A stretch of 64,000 bases of DNA from Okamejei kenojei. Its lineage: Eukaryota. The notes under the pieces are model-generated. The model saw only the letters and a list, made by a program, of their open reading frames with translations. It was not told where the DNA came from and did not search any database. Shown here one piece after another: positions 53,296 through 64,000 of this stretch (within the stretch, counting starts at the first letter, position 1; every line of letters starts with the position of its first letter). Both the position numbers and the translations under genes were made by a program. The DNA lies in assembly GCA_035221665.1 (NCBI GenBank), contig CM069138.1, positions 22,692,001 to 22,756,000 of the forward strand. The letters run 5' to 3'.

Positions 53296-56200
53296 TTTTA
53301 CTTCGGAGTCACGTGAGTGACTACGTGAATAGAAGCCCGTACAGCCGTTGGTGCAACATGACGTCAGACGTTGGTGCAGTCGGACGGTTGGAGCAGCAGC
53401 GCTCCTCCGAGCGGTAAGTTTAAAAACGGAGGTAAGGTTGTTGAAATTTTTACCATAGGTCATTTCTGCGACGGTTTGAAGTACTTGGAGATAGGTTGCA
53501 GAAAGTAAAGAAGGTGTCGGCGAGGCGCTCCGCAGGTAGAAAGGAGACTGACCAGGAGAGTGTTGGGGAAGGAGGCCCGTCTGGTACACCTGGTCCGGTG
53601 CTGGCTACACAGCCAGTGGTTGCAGACCCACTGCCGGGGGGCAGTGAAGGCTTGCCAGTAGGGCGGAAGGCCACTGGCAAGTCTGTCAGGCCCGTAGATG
53701 AGTCGGGCATGGAGGTTATACCCTCCATAGGAGAGTCCGTTTGCTCACGGCTCTCCCAAGTCGAGATTTTATTACAAAGAATGCTTGATAGGGACCAGCT
53801 CCGTGAGGAGGAGTGGTGCCCAAGCCAGGCTGATGGAGAGCTTGTGCTAGCAGCACCTGTTCCAGAGCTGCAGAACTATCCTGCCTGTGAGGAGGATGTT
53901 CCATCAGTGCAGTTTGCTGACACTGATTCTATGCTGGGGGAGAGCAGTAAAGAAGTTCGGTTGGAGGTAATTCCGAACATTGCTGGGAAGTTTGCTCAGC
54001 CTAGAGAGGCAGGAGAGGCGATTGATGGGGAATTGGCTGAAGCCATTCAGTATATGCTCTCCCACCAGTTACAGGAGCTAGCTATGGATGAAGCAGCAAA
54101 AAACTATAAAGCTCCTGTTAATTGTGATCTCCTGAAGGTACCGGTGGTTAATCACCAAATTTGGTCACAGATGGGTATGCCTGCTAGGGCCCAGGAGATG
54201 AAGTTTCAAAAAGTGCTTAAACTGTTGTCAGCAGGTATTACAGCTGTGGTGAAAGTGATTGATCCAAGCAATGTGGTTGAAGCACACCAGGACGGACTGG
54301 GTTTCCTTTGTAATGCGTTTTTTGAAATCAATAACATCAGGAGGGCCGCTATTAGGCCAGTGCTTAATCCGAATTTGGCAAGTTTGTGTAAACCAACCAG
54401 TGTACCACCACAAAATCTGTTGTTTGGAGGCAACCTTGCAAAAAGGGTCAAAGAATGTCATGAAGATGTTAAAATTATGGCCCTCATTAAGCCGGCTGGT
54501 AAGCAGGGCAAAAGGTTTTCTCCGTATTGGAAAGGAACTAATGTGGATGCAGGAGAAGGAACGAGCCGTTCAGGTCTTCAATTTCGGAACTGGCAGGCTG
54601 CCAGCATGAAGGGGAAGGTGCCTTTCTCCACAAGAGGTCGAGGACAACAAGGTCCGCAAGGAAAGATGCAGGTAAGGAAAACATCAACAGACGATGAATT
54701 AATTGATGTTCCTGTTCAAATTGGGGGAAGGTTAAAATTGTTTCTCAAACAATGGCAGCAGTTGACATCAGATTTGTTCATACTTAGTAGTATTGAAGGG
54801 GTGAAAATTGAATTTTACTCTAAGGACAGTCTACCTAATCAACATTTTCCTAGTCGTAAACTTGTTTTTTCAGATGAAGAAAATGTGCTTATTCAAGCAC
54901 AGATTCAGTCGTTGCATAAGAAAGGGGTAATGGAGCCTTCTGTCTATCAAAGTCGACAATTTGTGTCAAATATATTTCCCAGATCTAAAAAGACTGGGGG
55001 GTGTAGAATTATTTTGGATTTATCGAGTTTGAACAAGTTTGTTTGATATAGGCATTTCAAAATGGAAACCTTTACCACGGCCAAACATCTAGTGTCCAAA
55101 GGGTGTTATATGGCAACTATTGATTTAAAGGATGCATATTACTCAGTGTCTATTCATGAGGATGATAGAAGATATTTGAAATTTATTTGGATGACTCAGC
55201 TGTGGCAATTCAGGGCATTGCCGAATGGATTAACTTCAGCTCCTAGATTATTTACTAAATTGGTAAAACCTGTGTTAGCGTTACTTAGAGCTAAGGGGCA
55301 TGTGGTAATGGCCTATTTAGATGATATTCTGATTGTTGGAAAGACTCATGCTGAAACTCAATCATCAGTTTCAGTTGATAAAATCACTTTTGAACAAATA
55401 TCACTTTTGAACAAATGGGATTTGTGATTCACCCAGATAAATCTAAATTATCACCAGTCCAAATTATTGATTATCTGGGATTTACCATTAATTCCAATCA
55501 CATGTTGATAACTTTGCCCAGGGATAAATTGAATCAGTTAATTGAGGACTGTGTTAATCTCGTTGGAGAACAAAGGCCTTTGATTAGACAAGTAGCCAGG
55601 TTAATTGGGAAGTTGGTGGCAGCATTTCCAGCTGTGCAGTATGGTCCTCTGCATCATCAACAATTACAATGATCAAAGGAACAGGCACTGAGAATACAAA
55701 GGGGCCATTTTGATAGGCCTATGCAGTTGTCAGCTGGGGCGATTGCTGACATACAATGGTGGATAGCAAATGTTTCAACACGTTTTAGGAAGGTTTTGGT
55801 GGAACCACCGTCATTGATATTACAGACTGATGTAAGTGCACTGGGTTGGGGTGCAACAGATATGTCTTCTAGTTGTGGAGGCAGATGGAATGTGGATGAG
55901 ACATCGCTTCTTCAACTAAGAGGGATTAATTATTTAGAGTTGTTGGGCACCTGGTATGGGCTCAAAGCTTATTGTTCTACAAGGAGGGATCTGCATGTGC
56001 AGGTTCAGATTGACAACACCACAGCAGTGGCATACGTAAACCACATGGGTGGAGTTAAGTCACAGTCTTGTGATAGACTGGCTAACCAGATTTGGAGCTG
56101 GTGTATTGACCAAAATATCTGGCTTTCAGCACTTTATTTGCCAGGAAGGTTCAACACGGTAGCTGACACTAGGTCATGTCAGTTTAATGACAACATTGAA

Positions 56201-58073
56201 TGGATGTTAAACCAGGATGTATTTAATCAAATGATTGTTCAGTATGGATTGCCAGATATTGACTTGTTTACATCTCGATTAAATCATCAGTTACCTAGAT
56301 ATGTTTCATGGGATCCAGATGCCGGGGCAGTAGCAGTGGATGCGTTTCGCTGCTTTGGGGAGGAATGTTTGTGTATGTATTTCCTCCATTCTGTCTCATC
56401 AGCAATGTTTGCAAAAGATCAAGGAGGACTCCGCTTCTGGGGTATTGGTAGTGCCAGATTGGCCTACACAAGCATGGTTTCCCGTTGTATTACAAATGGC
56501 TAGGGAGCCTTACATGATTATTCCCAAGAATAAAAATCTATTGGTAAATCCAGTCACTGGGGATCAACATCCTTTACATGATCGTATTGATCTGTTAATT
56601 TGCAGATTTTAAGGAGGCCATACCTGGGGAGAGGACTGTCTCATCGGACTGTGGATGTTCTCATGTCGGCCTGCAGGGATAGTACACAGCAGCAATATAT
56701 CACCTATATAAAGAAGTGGGAGCAATTCTGCCTGCAGCAGAATATTGTATATCACACTGCAGGGATCACGGACGTATTGGAGTTTTGTCAACTCTTTATT
56801 TCGACCAAAAATTAAGTTATAGTGCGATCAATTCAGCCAGAAGTGCTCTGTCTTCTTATTTACCTATGAATGCAGAATTACATACAGTAGGGACACATCC
56901 GTTAGTTTCACGATTCATGGAGTTTTCAATTCTAATCCTCCTAAACCCAGGTATGCCGGGATTTGGAATGTGAGTGAGGTTCTTATGGTTCTTCGCCAGT
57001 GGGCTCCGGTTACAAGCCTATCTATAGCCAAATTAACTATTAAGGTGGTCATGCTTATGGCGTTGGTTTCAGCTCAACGTGTACAAACGTTGCAAAAGCT
57101 ACGGCTGGATAGAATGCATGTGTCGGCAGATGCCATTATAGTTTATGTCTATGATTTGCTTAAACATAATAGAAGAGGCATGACAGGATGTAAGATTGTG
57201 TTTTCAGCATACCCCGCAGATGATCGCTTGTGTGTAGTCTCACATTTATCTCGTTACATTGAGATTACTCAACCTCTGAGAGGAACAGAGTCGGCTTTGT
57301 TTATTAGTCACAAAAAACCACACAGTAAGGTGTCAGTGCAAACAATTTCAAGGTGGCTAAAGCAGGTCCTGGCAAGTGCTGGAATTGATACTGATAAATT
57401 CAAATCTCATTCCACCAGGGCGGCATCAACTTCCGCGGCAAGGGCGATGGACGTGCCAATAGGCCATATCCTCGCGGCCGCAGGATGGTCCAGTGAGCTA
57501 ACTTTTCAGAGGTTTTATCACAAGCCGATTTCAAGGCTCGGGGTGTTTGCTGATTCTGTTTTGAGTACTGTTACACTTTCCCCCTGAGTTAGAGGGGTTT
57601 GTTATGATTTGTTTGTAAATAAACTGTTATTCATTTAATAAATGTGTTACTGATGCATGATTGATCGTTAACGACTTTTGAGTCAATCCAGGCAGTGTGA
57701 ACGTCGGATTTCGGTCTACGGCATGAATTCACAGTGCTTTGAAGTCTTCACGTAGTCACTCACGTGACTCCGAAGTAAAATAGTAAGATTAAACGAGAAC
57801 TTACCAGTTTGAAGTTTGATCTTTATTTTATGAGGAGTCGAGTTGAGGGACTACGTGCCCTCCGCTCCCACCCTCATAGATCTCATCTGGTAGTTCTAGT
57901 TTTATCATCTTACCATTATACTTCAGTCATTGTTAGCTGTGAATTCATTCCGCTGCTTTGAAGATTGACGCACCAACGGCTGTACGGGCTTCTATTCACG
58001 TAGTCCCTCAACTCGACTCCTCATAAAATAAAGATCAAACTTCAAACTGGTAAGTTCTCGTTTAATCTTACTA
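53296..58073 (+). mobile_element. DIRS retrotransposon, copy C (second family; full length, a few stops and frameshifts), in an intron of receptor copy 2
   Basis: gag, RT (IDLKDAY, YLDD), RNase H (DNTTAVAY), methyltransferase-like (PDIDLF), YR (SAQR, HSTR, AAGWS, RFY); ITR/ICR architecture; flanks rejoin to match copy 1 at ~27925-27955. Confidence 0.96.
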
Positions 58074-58325
58074 GTAATTGTGCTAATAGTGGAGCTGATG
58101 GCCAAATGCGTGGCCAGAGAGGATGGTTCTGAGCTGACAATAGCAGGAGAGATCCAGAGGTTGAACTCCTCTCAGGTTAAACAGCTGAAGCTGAACCTTC
58201 AGTGGATTGTTAGACCTGGCAGTGTGTTCTCACACACCTCCTCACAAGCAGTGCATGTCCCACTCTCCATCAACAAATGCACCATGTACATTTACAAATC
58301 ATAAAGACATTACGACAATACCCAA

Positions 58326-59629
58326 TAGGCTGTGGGCCGAGGAGCTTTTTCGTTCAGGTTCGTGACCCAACTCACAGAACTACCTGAATTTTTAACATAT
58401 TGTGTAAAAATATTATATAAATCATACCTGAAACTCGTCAAGAACAAAACATGCACATTTTGTTTAAATATGACAAAAACATCCAATTTTCCAAGTAGTA
58501 ATTGTCCAATCAATGCGCGTTTGACATTGAGGTCAGACGGAAATTGACCAATCCCACATTTTGTTTTATGGTCGCTAGGCAACGAGGAGTTTGGGATCAT
58601 GGCTGCCTCATTACATCAACAGCAATAACAAGGTTTCCAAGGGTAAATGTAATGCTAACCTTGTTGATAATTTTGATTTTCAATTGATTTATCTATATAA
58701 AGTTTGGATGTGAACTGGAAAATAAAAATTATAAATAACAAATGTACAGCTAGGGTTAGGATTAGGGTCAGGGTTAGGGTCAGGGTTAGGGTCAGGGTCA
58801 GAGTCAGTCAATAGGTCGGTCGGGCTTGTCGGTAGGCCGATGGATGATCTGGAGGATTGGTTGGGCTGTTGGACCGCTAGTGGATGCTGCGAAGGGTCAG
58901 TTGGGCTGTCGGACCGCTAGTGGATGCTGCGGTCGGGCAGTTGGTAGGCCTGTGAGTCCTGTGAGGGCTCGGTCAGGCTGTTGGCCCACTAGTGGATGCT
59001 GCGAGGGGTCGGTCGGGCTGTTGGTAGGCCTGTGAGTGCTGCAAAGGGTCGGTCGGGCAGTTGGTAGGCCAGTGAGTGCTGCGAGAGGTCGGTCGGGCTG
59101 TCGGCCGGCCGGTATTGCAGCGAGCGAGTGGGTGGACTGATGGAGCCTGCGCTATGGGGGTGCTGAAGGTGGCCTGGGCAGCATGCAAGGCAATGCTGCT
59201 CCCCACCATCATCACCATGACGATCCAGAAGGGCATGCTGGCTGAGGTGGACTCGCTGAGTGGCGACACACACGGAGCCCGCAGCCAGTCCCAAAGTGGC
59301 TCCAGCTCCAGCCGTGGGCAGCTCTGGAAGGGGGGCGAGTTAGGGTTAGGGTTAGGCAATTTCCTCTCCATGGAAGACGCCTTAGCCTTCCCCCAGCCTG
59401 GCACTGCCCCAGTCCCATTATGGCCATGAGCCCCACTCTGCACACTGGCAGTCAGTGGGGTTCAGTAAACGGGGGAACCCAGAAGAACTGCCCTCACCCA
59501 TTAATTAGGCTGGTTCAGGAGCTGGACCTCTGTGGCACTCATTCAAAAAACACACACAATTATATTAATTATACTATTTTATATAATATAATTATACATA
59601 ATTATATATGATTACAGTCATATTCACAA

Positions 59630-59668
<39 letters not shown>

Positions 59669-59939
59669 TATAATAATATAGTTTAAATAGACTGCATCAC
59701 GGAAATAGGCTCCCCATGCTGTAATATGGGCATTGGACACTAGATGGTGCTTACTAGGTGGTGCTCCACCATTTTCTAATTAATTTAATTAATTAATGTG
59801 CAACTTTTGGCACTGACGACGTATGACTTCCTTCTCAATTATATTTTATCTAAATCTGTGCAAAATTTTATGTAGTTCCAAGACATGGGTCACGAAAGTT
59901 GATTTCTCGAAATATTTTTGATTCTCGACCCACAGCCTA
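58326..59939. mobile_element. Non-autonomous DNA transposon with TAG...CTA termini and 3-bp TSD (Academ-like)
   Basis: TIR taggctgtggg(c/t)cgag with subterminal ttcgtgaccca and gaactac matches at both ends; CAA at 58323-58325 and 59940-59942. Superfamily call rests on the termini only. Confidence 0.7.
58750..59105 (+). repeat. Telomere-like (TTAGGG/TCAGGG) tract followed by a ~40-bp GC-rich minisatellite
   Basis: Directly visible; another TTAGGG tract lies at ~59339-59356. Confidence 0.85.
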
Positions 59940-60053
59940 CAATGATCCACAAAGCTAGTGGAGTAAATACCTGATGGGAAAACTAATAGCACACCATCAG
60001 GGAGAGCGATCCCAGCACAGGCCTGCTTATCCCAGAAAACCATCAGAACTCAC

Positions 60054-60127
60054 CGGGACATTTCTTGCCATGGAAATATTTTCATAATCTACTCCTGGGG
60101 TCTGGTCATCAGCCGCTCCAGACTGTG
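60054..60127 (-). CDS. Cytoplasmic exon with ITIM-like/YEN motif, receptor copy 2 (SQSGAADDQTPGVDYENISMARNVP)
   Basis: Acceptor ttctctatttcacag, donor gtgagt; the 74-nt length converts phase 1 to phase 0, exactly linking the TM exon to the ITAM exons. Confidence 0.85.
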
Positions 60128-60292
60128 CTGTGAAATAGAGAACAAGGTCACACAAAGAGCAGCCTCAGAGCTGTGAATCCCACTTTGTCGCCCAACAGCA
60201 TAGTGACGGCTTTTTTACAATAGGAACCAGCCCTTCCGATTTCACTAACCACACAGCAATCAGATCAGACTGAATGATTTAGTTACACATAC

Positions 60293-60427
60293 AGGACTGG
60301 TGGCTTCCAGAAGCTCTGCGTCTGATAAGGCAAATGGCTCCAGTAACAGCAAGAACTCCCAGCACCAAAGGGAGAATGATCCAGGCAAGGTACATCACCA
60401 CAAATTGATTCTCCTTCGTTTGAGAAA
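60293..60427 (-). CDS. Transmembrane exon, receptor copy 2
   Basis: VSQTKENQFVVMYLAWIILPLVLGVLAVTGAICLIRRRASGSHQS; canonical splice sites. Confidence 0.9.
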
Positions 60428-61174
60428 CTGCAAAGAAATCACATCATTGGGTAAACATCAGGGAAAAGTAATATCAGTGCAGAAGAAAGCCACTTGGCCC
60501 ATCGTTCTGTACGAGCTCTTTGAAAGAGTAGTCTACTGATCCTAACCCACTTATTTCCCAGTCCTGCAATAGCTTTTCACTGGAATTTATCCAATTCCTG
60601 GTGGAATGTTGCTATTCAACCCACATTCACCAGCTGAAAAAAGTGCAGTTCCCAGAGGCACCCTGTTCCTTCAACCTTCATTGACCATTCTGATATAAAT
60701 GTACTGTGATAAAGGAAGGAAGGGGAACACCGAGTGTTCACAAGCCAGTGAGTTTACCTGACCAGTTATTGGAATACATCCTAATGAACCAAATAGGCAT
60801 TAATTTAGAAATCATTAAATGTCAGCAAGCTTGAATTGGGTCCCGTTGTAACAGTGCGGAGGTGACACATAGAAAGGTCAGGGTAGCAGTGGAGTGGGAT
60901 TAAAGTGGTGAGAACAGGAAGATCAAGGTCACTCCTGTAGATGGAATGGAAATACTCCACAAAGCATTCACTCCATCTGTGTAGAAAGAAACTGTAGATG
61001 CTGGTTTATGCCGAAGACAGGCACAAAGTGCTGGAGTAACTCAGCAGGTCAGGCAGTATCTCTGGATAAAAAGGATGGGTGATGTATCGGGTTTCACCCT
61101 GCACTGTTACATTGTCTGAAAAACGTTTCTGACCTGAAACGTCTCCCATCTTTTTTCACCAGAAATGCTGCCTG

Positions 61175-64000
61175 GGACTTCCGGTGGCGCTAAAGGTGGA
61201 GTAAAGGTGTGCGGCAGCTAGCACCATGCAAAAATCTAAAAAAAACGGGAGAAAAATAATGGACTGACCTGCAGAGATCGCACCGGCAGCTTGAGTGACG
61301 TCATCAGACCGTGACTCCGAAGATCCAATGTCGCAACAACACACTCCCCAAAGGGATCAGCAAAAAAACTCAGTAGGGATAAACTACCGACGGAAGAAGC
61401 AGGCCCGACTGAAGCCTCGGGCTCAGTTTTCACGTCGTCCCAGGAGGACGTGTCAAAGGGCCAAAAGACAAAGACCAAAAAAACTGAAATGCAGGAACTT
61501 CGCATCCTTATCTTAAAGGAAACTGCAAGTATAAAAGAAGATTTGAAAATCTTTTAAAAAGAAATGAACTTTAAAGAAGAATTGAAAAGTTTTAAAGAAG
61601 AAATTAAAGAAGAATTTTCAAGTTTTAAAGAAAAAATCACTGCTTTTGTCCATGAAGAGCTGGCTACCATGAAGGATGAAATGTCTGTAAATTTTGATCT
61701 ACAAATTGAAGAAGTAAACGAGAAAATAAATTTGATGGAATCTAACTTTAATGCTAGGTTGGATCCCATATTCATTGCAGTAAATCAACAAACTGTAGCT
61801 ATAATTCAATTAGAGTTAATTGCCGGAACAAGCGCTGATACTACAAAAAGACTTCTCTCTGAGAACAAGCATTTATCAGACTTACTGCATAAAGTAACTG
61901 AAAAATGTATTGACTTGGAGGGACGTCAGAGACGTCAGAATTGTTGGTGTTCAAGAACGTAAAGAAGGACATTATGATCTCCGTGACTGTGCTGCAGACA
62001 TTAAAAAAAGTCTTGAATTTAGATCAAAAGCCTTTATTAGGCCGGGCACACAGAAATATGAGATGCTGTGCGAGTCCGAGTGCCCTCCTCCCCCAAGGCA
62101 ACTGATAGTGAAGGTGCAGTATGATCATGTTTTTGATGGTATTATGAAAAAAATTGCTGACACCAGAAATCTCCAGTTTGAAGGAGACAAGATTAGTATA
62201 TTTAGAGATTATCCTGTGGAGGTGGCCAGGAGGAGAGCACTCTATACTGAGACAAGAGGGATTCTGAAGAAGATAAAAGACTTGAGATATGGATTGATGT
62301 AGCCGCAAGATTGAGAGTCACCTACAAGAAGCAAGAACATTTCTTCACCGGTCACAAGGAGGCATCAGAATATCGAGAATTTGAGTGAGGACTGAACAAT
62401 ATTCATAAGATATCATCATCTTGCTGAGAATAAATGGAACTTTAAATTGTTATATTCAAGAACTAATGAAAGCTGATAATGATAGCTGAGCAAGTTTTCT
62501 TGCTATTGACATATAATTTTTATATTTTAGTACTAATTACTACTAATAATTACTAATTATTATTAATTAGAATAACTAGTTAAAAAGATGAACGGTAAAT
62601 AAGGTTTAATTTAGGTACTTTATTAATAAAAATATGTTTTGTTTTAATACATTTGACTAATATCTATTTAGGAGAATAATAATTTCTCATTACTCGATTA
62701 CTAATCCTTTGGACCTAAAACAGTTTTCTCACCATCCCCATAAATTGTTTTTATTGAATTTTTCTTTTGTACTAAAGCGTGGAGCTAGTAATAATTTTTT
62801 CTAAGGCTACGGAAGTCCTTAGATGGTTAGCCACGTTAGTGTGGCTATCACTAACTACACTAATTGTAGATGTAATTTCTTTTTTTCTTTGCACTTTACT
62901 AATCATTTATTTTTTTACTCTCTTTACTTTTTACTTAATTATAATCTTAAAACTGAATTAAATTATAAGTATTATTTATGGAGATATGTCCGTGAGGAAG
63001 AGCTATTAGATTTAAAATTAATCTATCTTGTGTTCGGGTGGAATGTCGGGTTTAGTGTGCTGAGCCACCTGCTCTTTTATAGACTACCCTACCCATAAGA
63101 TGCAAGACGTTAACAGGAAAACTGGGGGTCAAGGAATTACTTTTTGTAGTTGGAATGTTAAGGGAATTAATGAGCCAATCAAGAGAGGTAAAGTATTAGC
63201 ACATTTAAAATTACTCAAAGCAGACATAACATTTCTTGATGAAACTCACCTTAAAAATGAAGCGCAACATAGATTGAAAGCAAAATGGATTGCCGAAACA
63301 TCTTCATTCTTCATAGAGAGGTTGCAATTCTAATCCGTAAAGGTATACCTTTTAAACATATATCAACTATTGCGAATATTAATGATAGATATATCATACT
63401 AGTGGGTGAATTACATCTACAAAAAATTGTTGTTCTTAACGTCTATGGACCAAACTTTGACAACCCTTTGTTTTTCAAGGATATACTTAATACTATCCCG
63501 GAACTAGAAGAATATAATGTAATAATTGGTGGAGATTTAAACTGCACATTAGATCCTTATTTAGATAGATCATTAAGACAAAGGAAAATAAAATCCAAGA
63601 CAAGTGAATTAATAAATTCATACATTAATACTACTAATATCAAAGTAGTATCAAGTAATATCAAGCCTGGAGAATCGAAAACCCATCCGGATGAGAATAT
63701 TCGTTCTACTCACCGGTACATAAAACCTACTCAAGGATAGGTTACTTTTTAGTAGACTCTAAACTTAGCCCATTTGCTTATAATTCGAAATATCATAATA
63801 TTATAATTTCGGACCATGCACCTTTAACATTCATGATTAAATTAAGTGGAATCACCGAGAAGCAGACACAATGGAGACTTAATCCTCAAATTTTAAATGA
63901 TAAAGTATGTTGTGAATATCTTATTACACAGATAAATATGTTTTTTGAGTACAATGATCGTCCTGAAATATCTGCCTCCTTTCTTTGGGAAACATTTAAA
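61175..64000 (+). mobile_element. L1/Tx1-type LINE 5' part (ORF1, spacer, endonuclease), running off the window
   Basis: Same 5' end gacttccggtggcgc as 46190; ORF1 (DLEGRQRRQN, ISIFRDYP); ORF2 start MQDVNRKTGGQGITFCSWNVKG at 63100. Confidence 0.92.

Noticed and set aside
53496-55046. 516-aa ORF as a host or domesticated gene
   Set aside because: It is DIRS gag running into the RT N-terminus inside an element with intact termini and downstream stops.
56250-56500. DNA adenine methyltransferase-like domain as a novel or horizontally acquired gene
   Set aside because: A known component of DIRS ORF2 downstream of RNase H.

Overview
Eukaryotic, repeat-dense DNA from a cartilaginous fish, most likely a skate or ray. 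This is inferred from the CR1 LINE, tRNA-SINE and Penelope-hairpin repeat families, not from a database match. Most of the window is transposon debris: stacked CR1 LINEs, three L1/Tx1-type LINEs (one full length with a 14-bp TSD), three DIRS tyrosine-recombinase retrotransposons, two Tc1 elements, a Gypsy fragment, Penelope fragments with hammerhead-like motifs, SINEs and an Academ-like non-autonomous DNA element. Between the repeats lie the small exons of two tail-to-tail paralogous immune-receptor genes that the ORF track largely misses. Their architecture is germline-joined V(J)-type Ig domain(s), an uncharged transmembrane exon, a cytoplasmic exon with an ITIM-like/YEN motif (VDYENI), and a two-exon ITAM (YMDL-x7-YGxL) split at the intron position typical of CD3/FcRg/DAP12 ITAMs. 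The + copy (about 8.0-30.7 kb) is a pseudogene. The - copy (about 52.4-60.4 kb, ectodomain beyond the window) has an open spliced TM/tail frame. Other notable signals are a flipped 142-bp loop between 77-bp inverted repeats in two sister DIRS copies, and a predicted conserved splice that gives the DIRS recombinase the RT start codon. Coordinates of degraded repeats are approximate.
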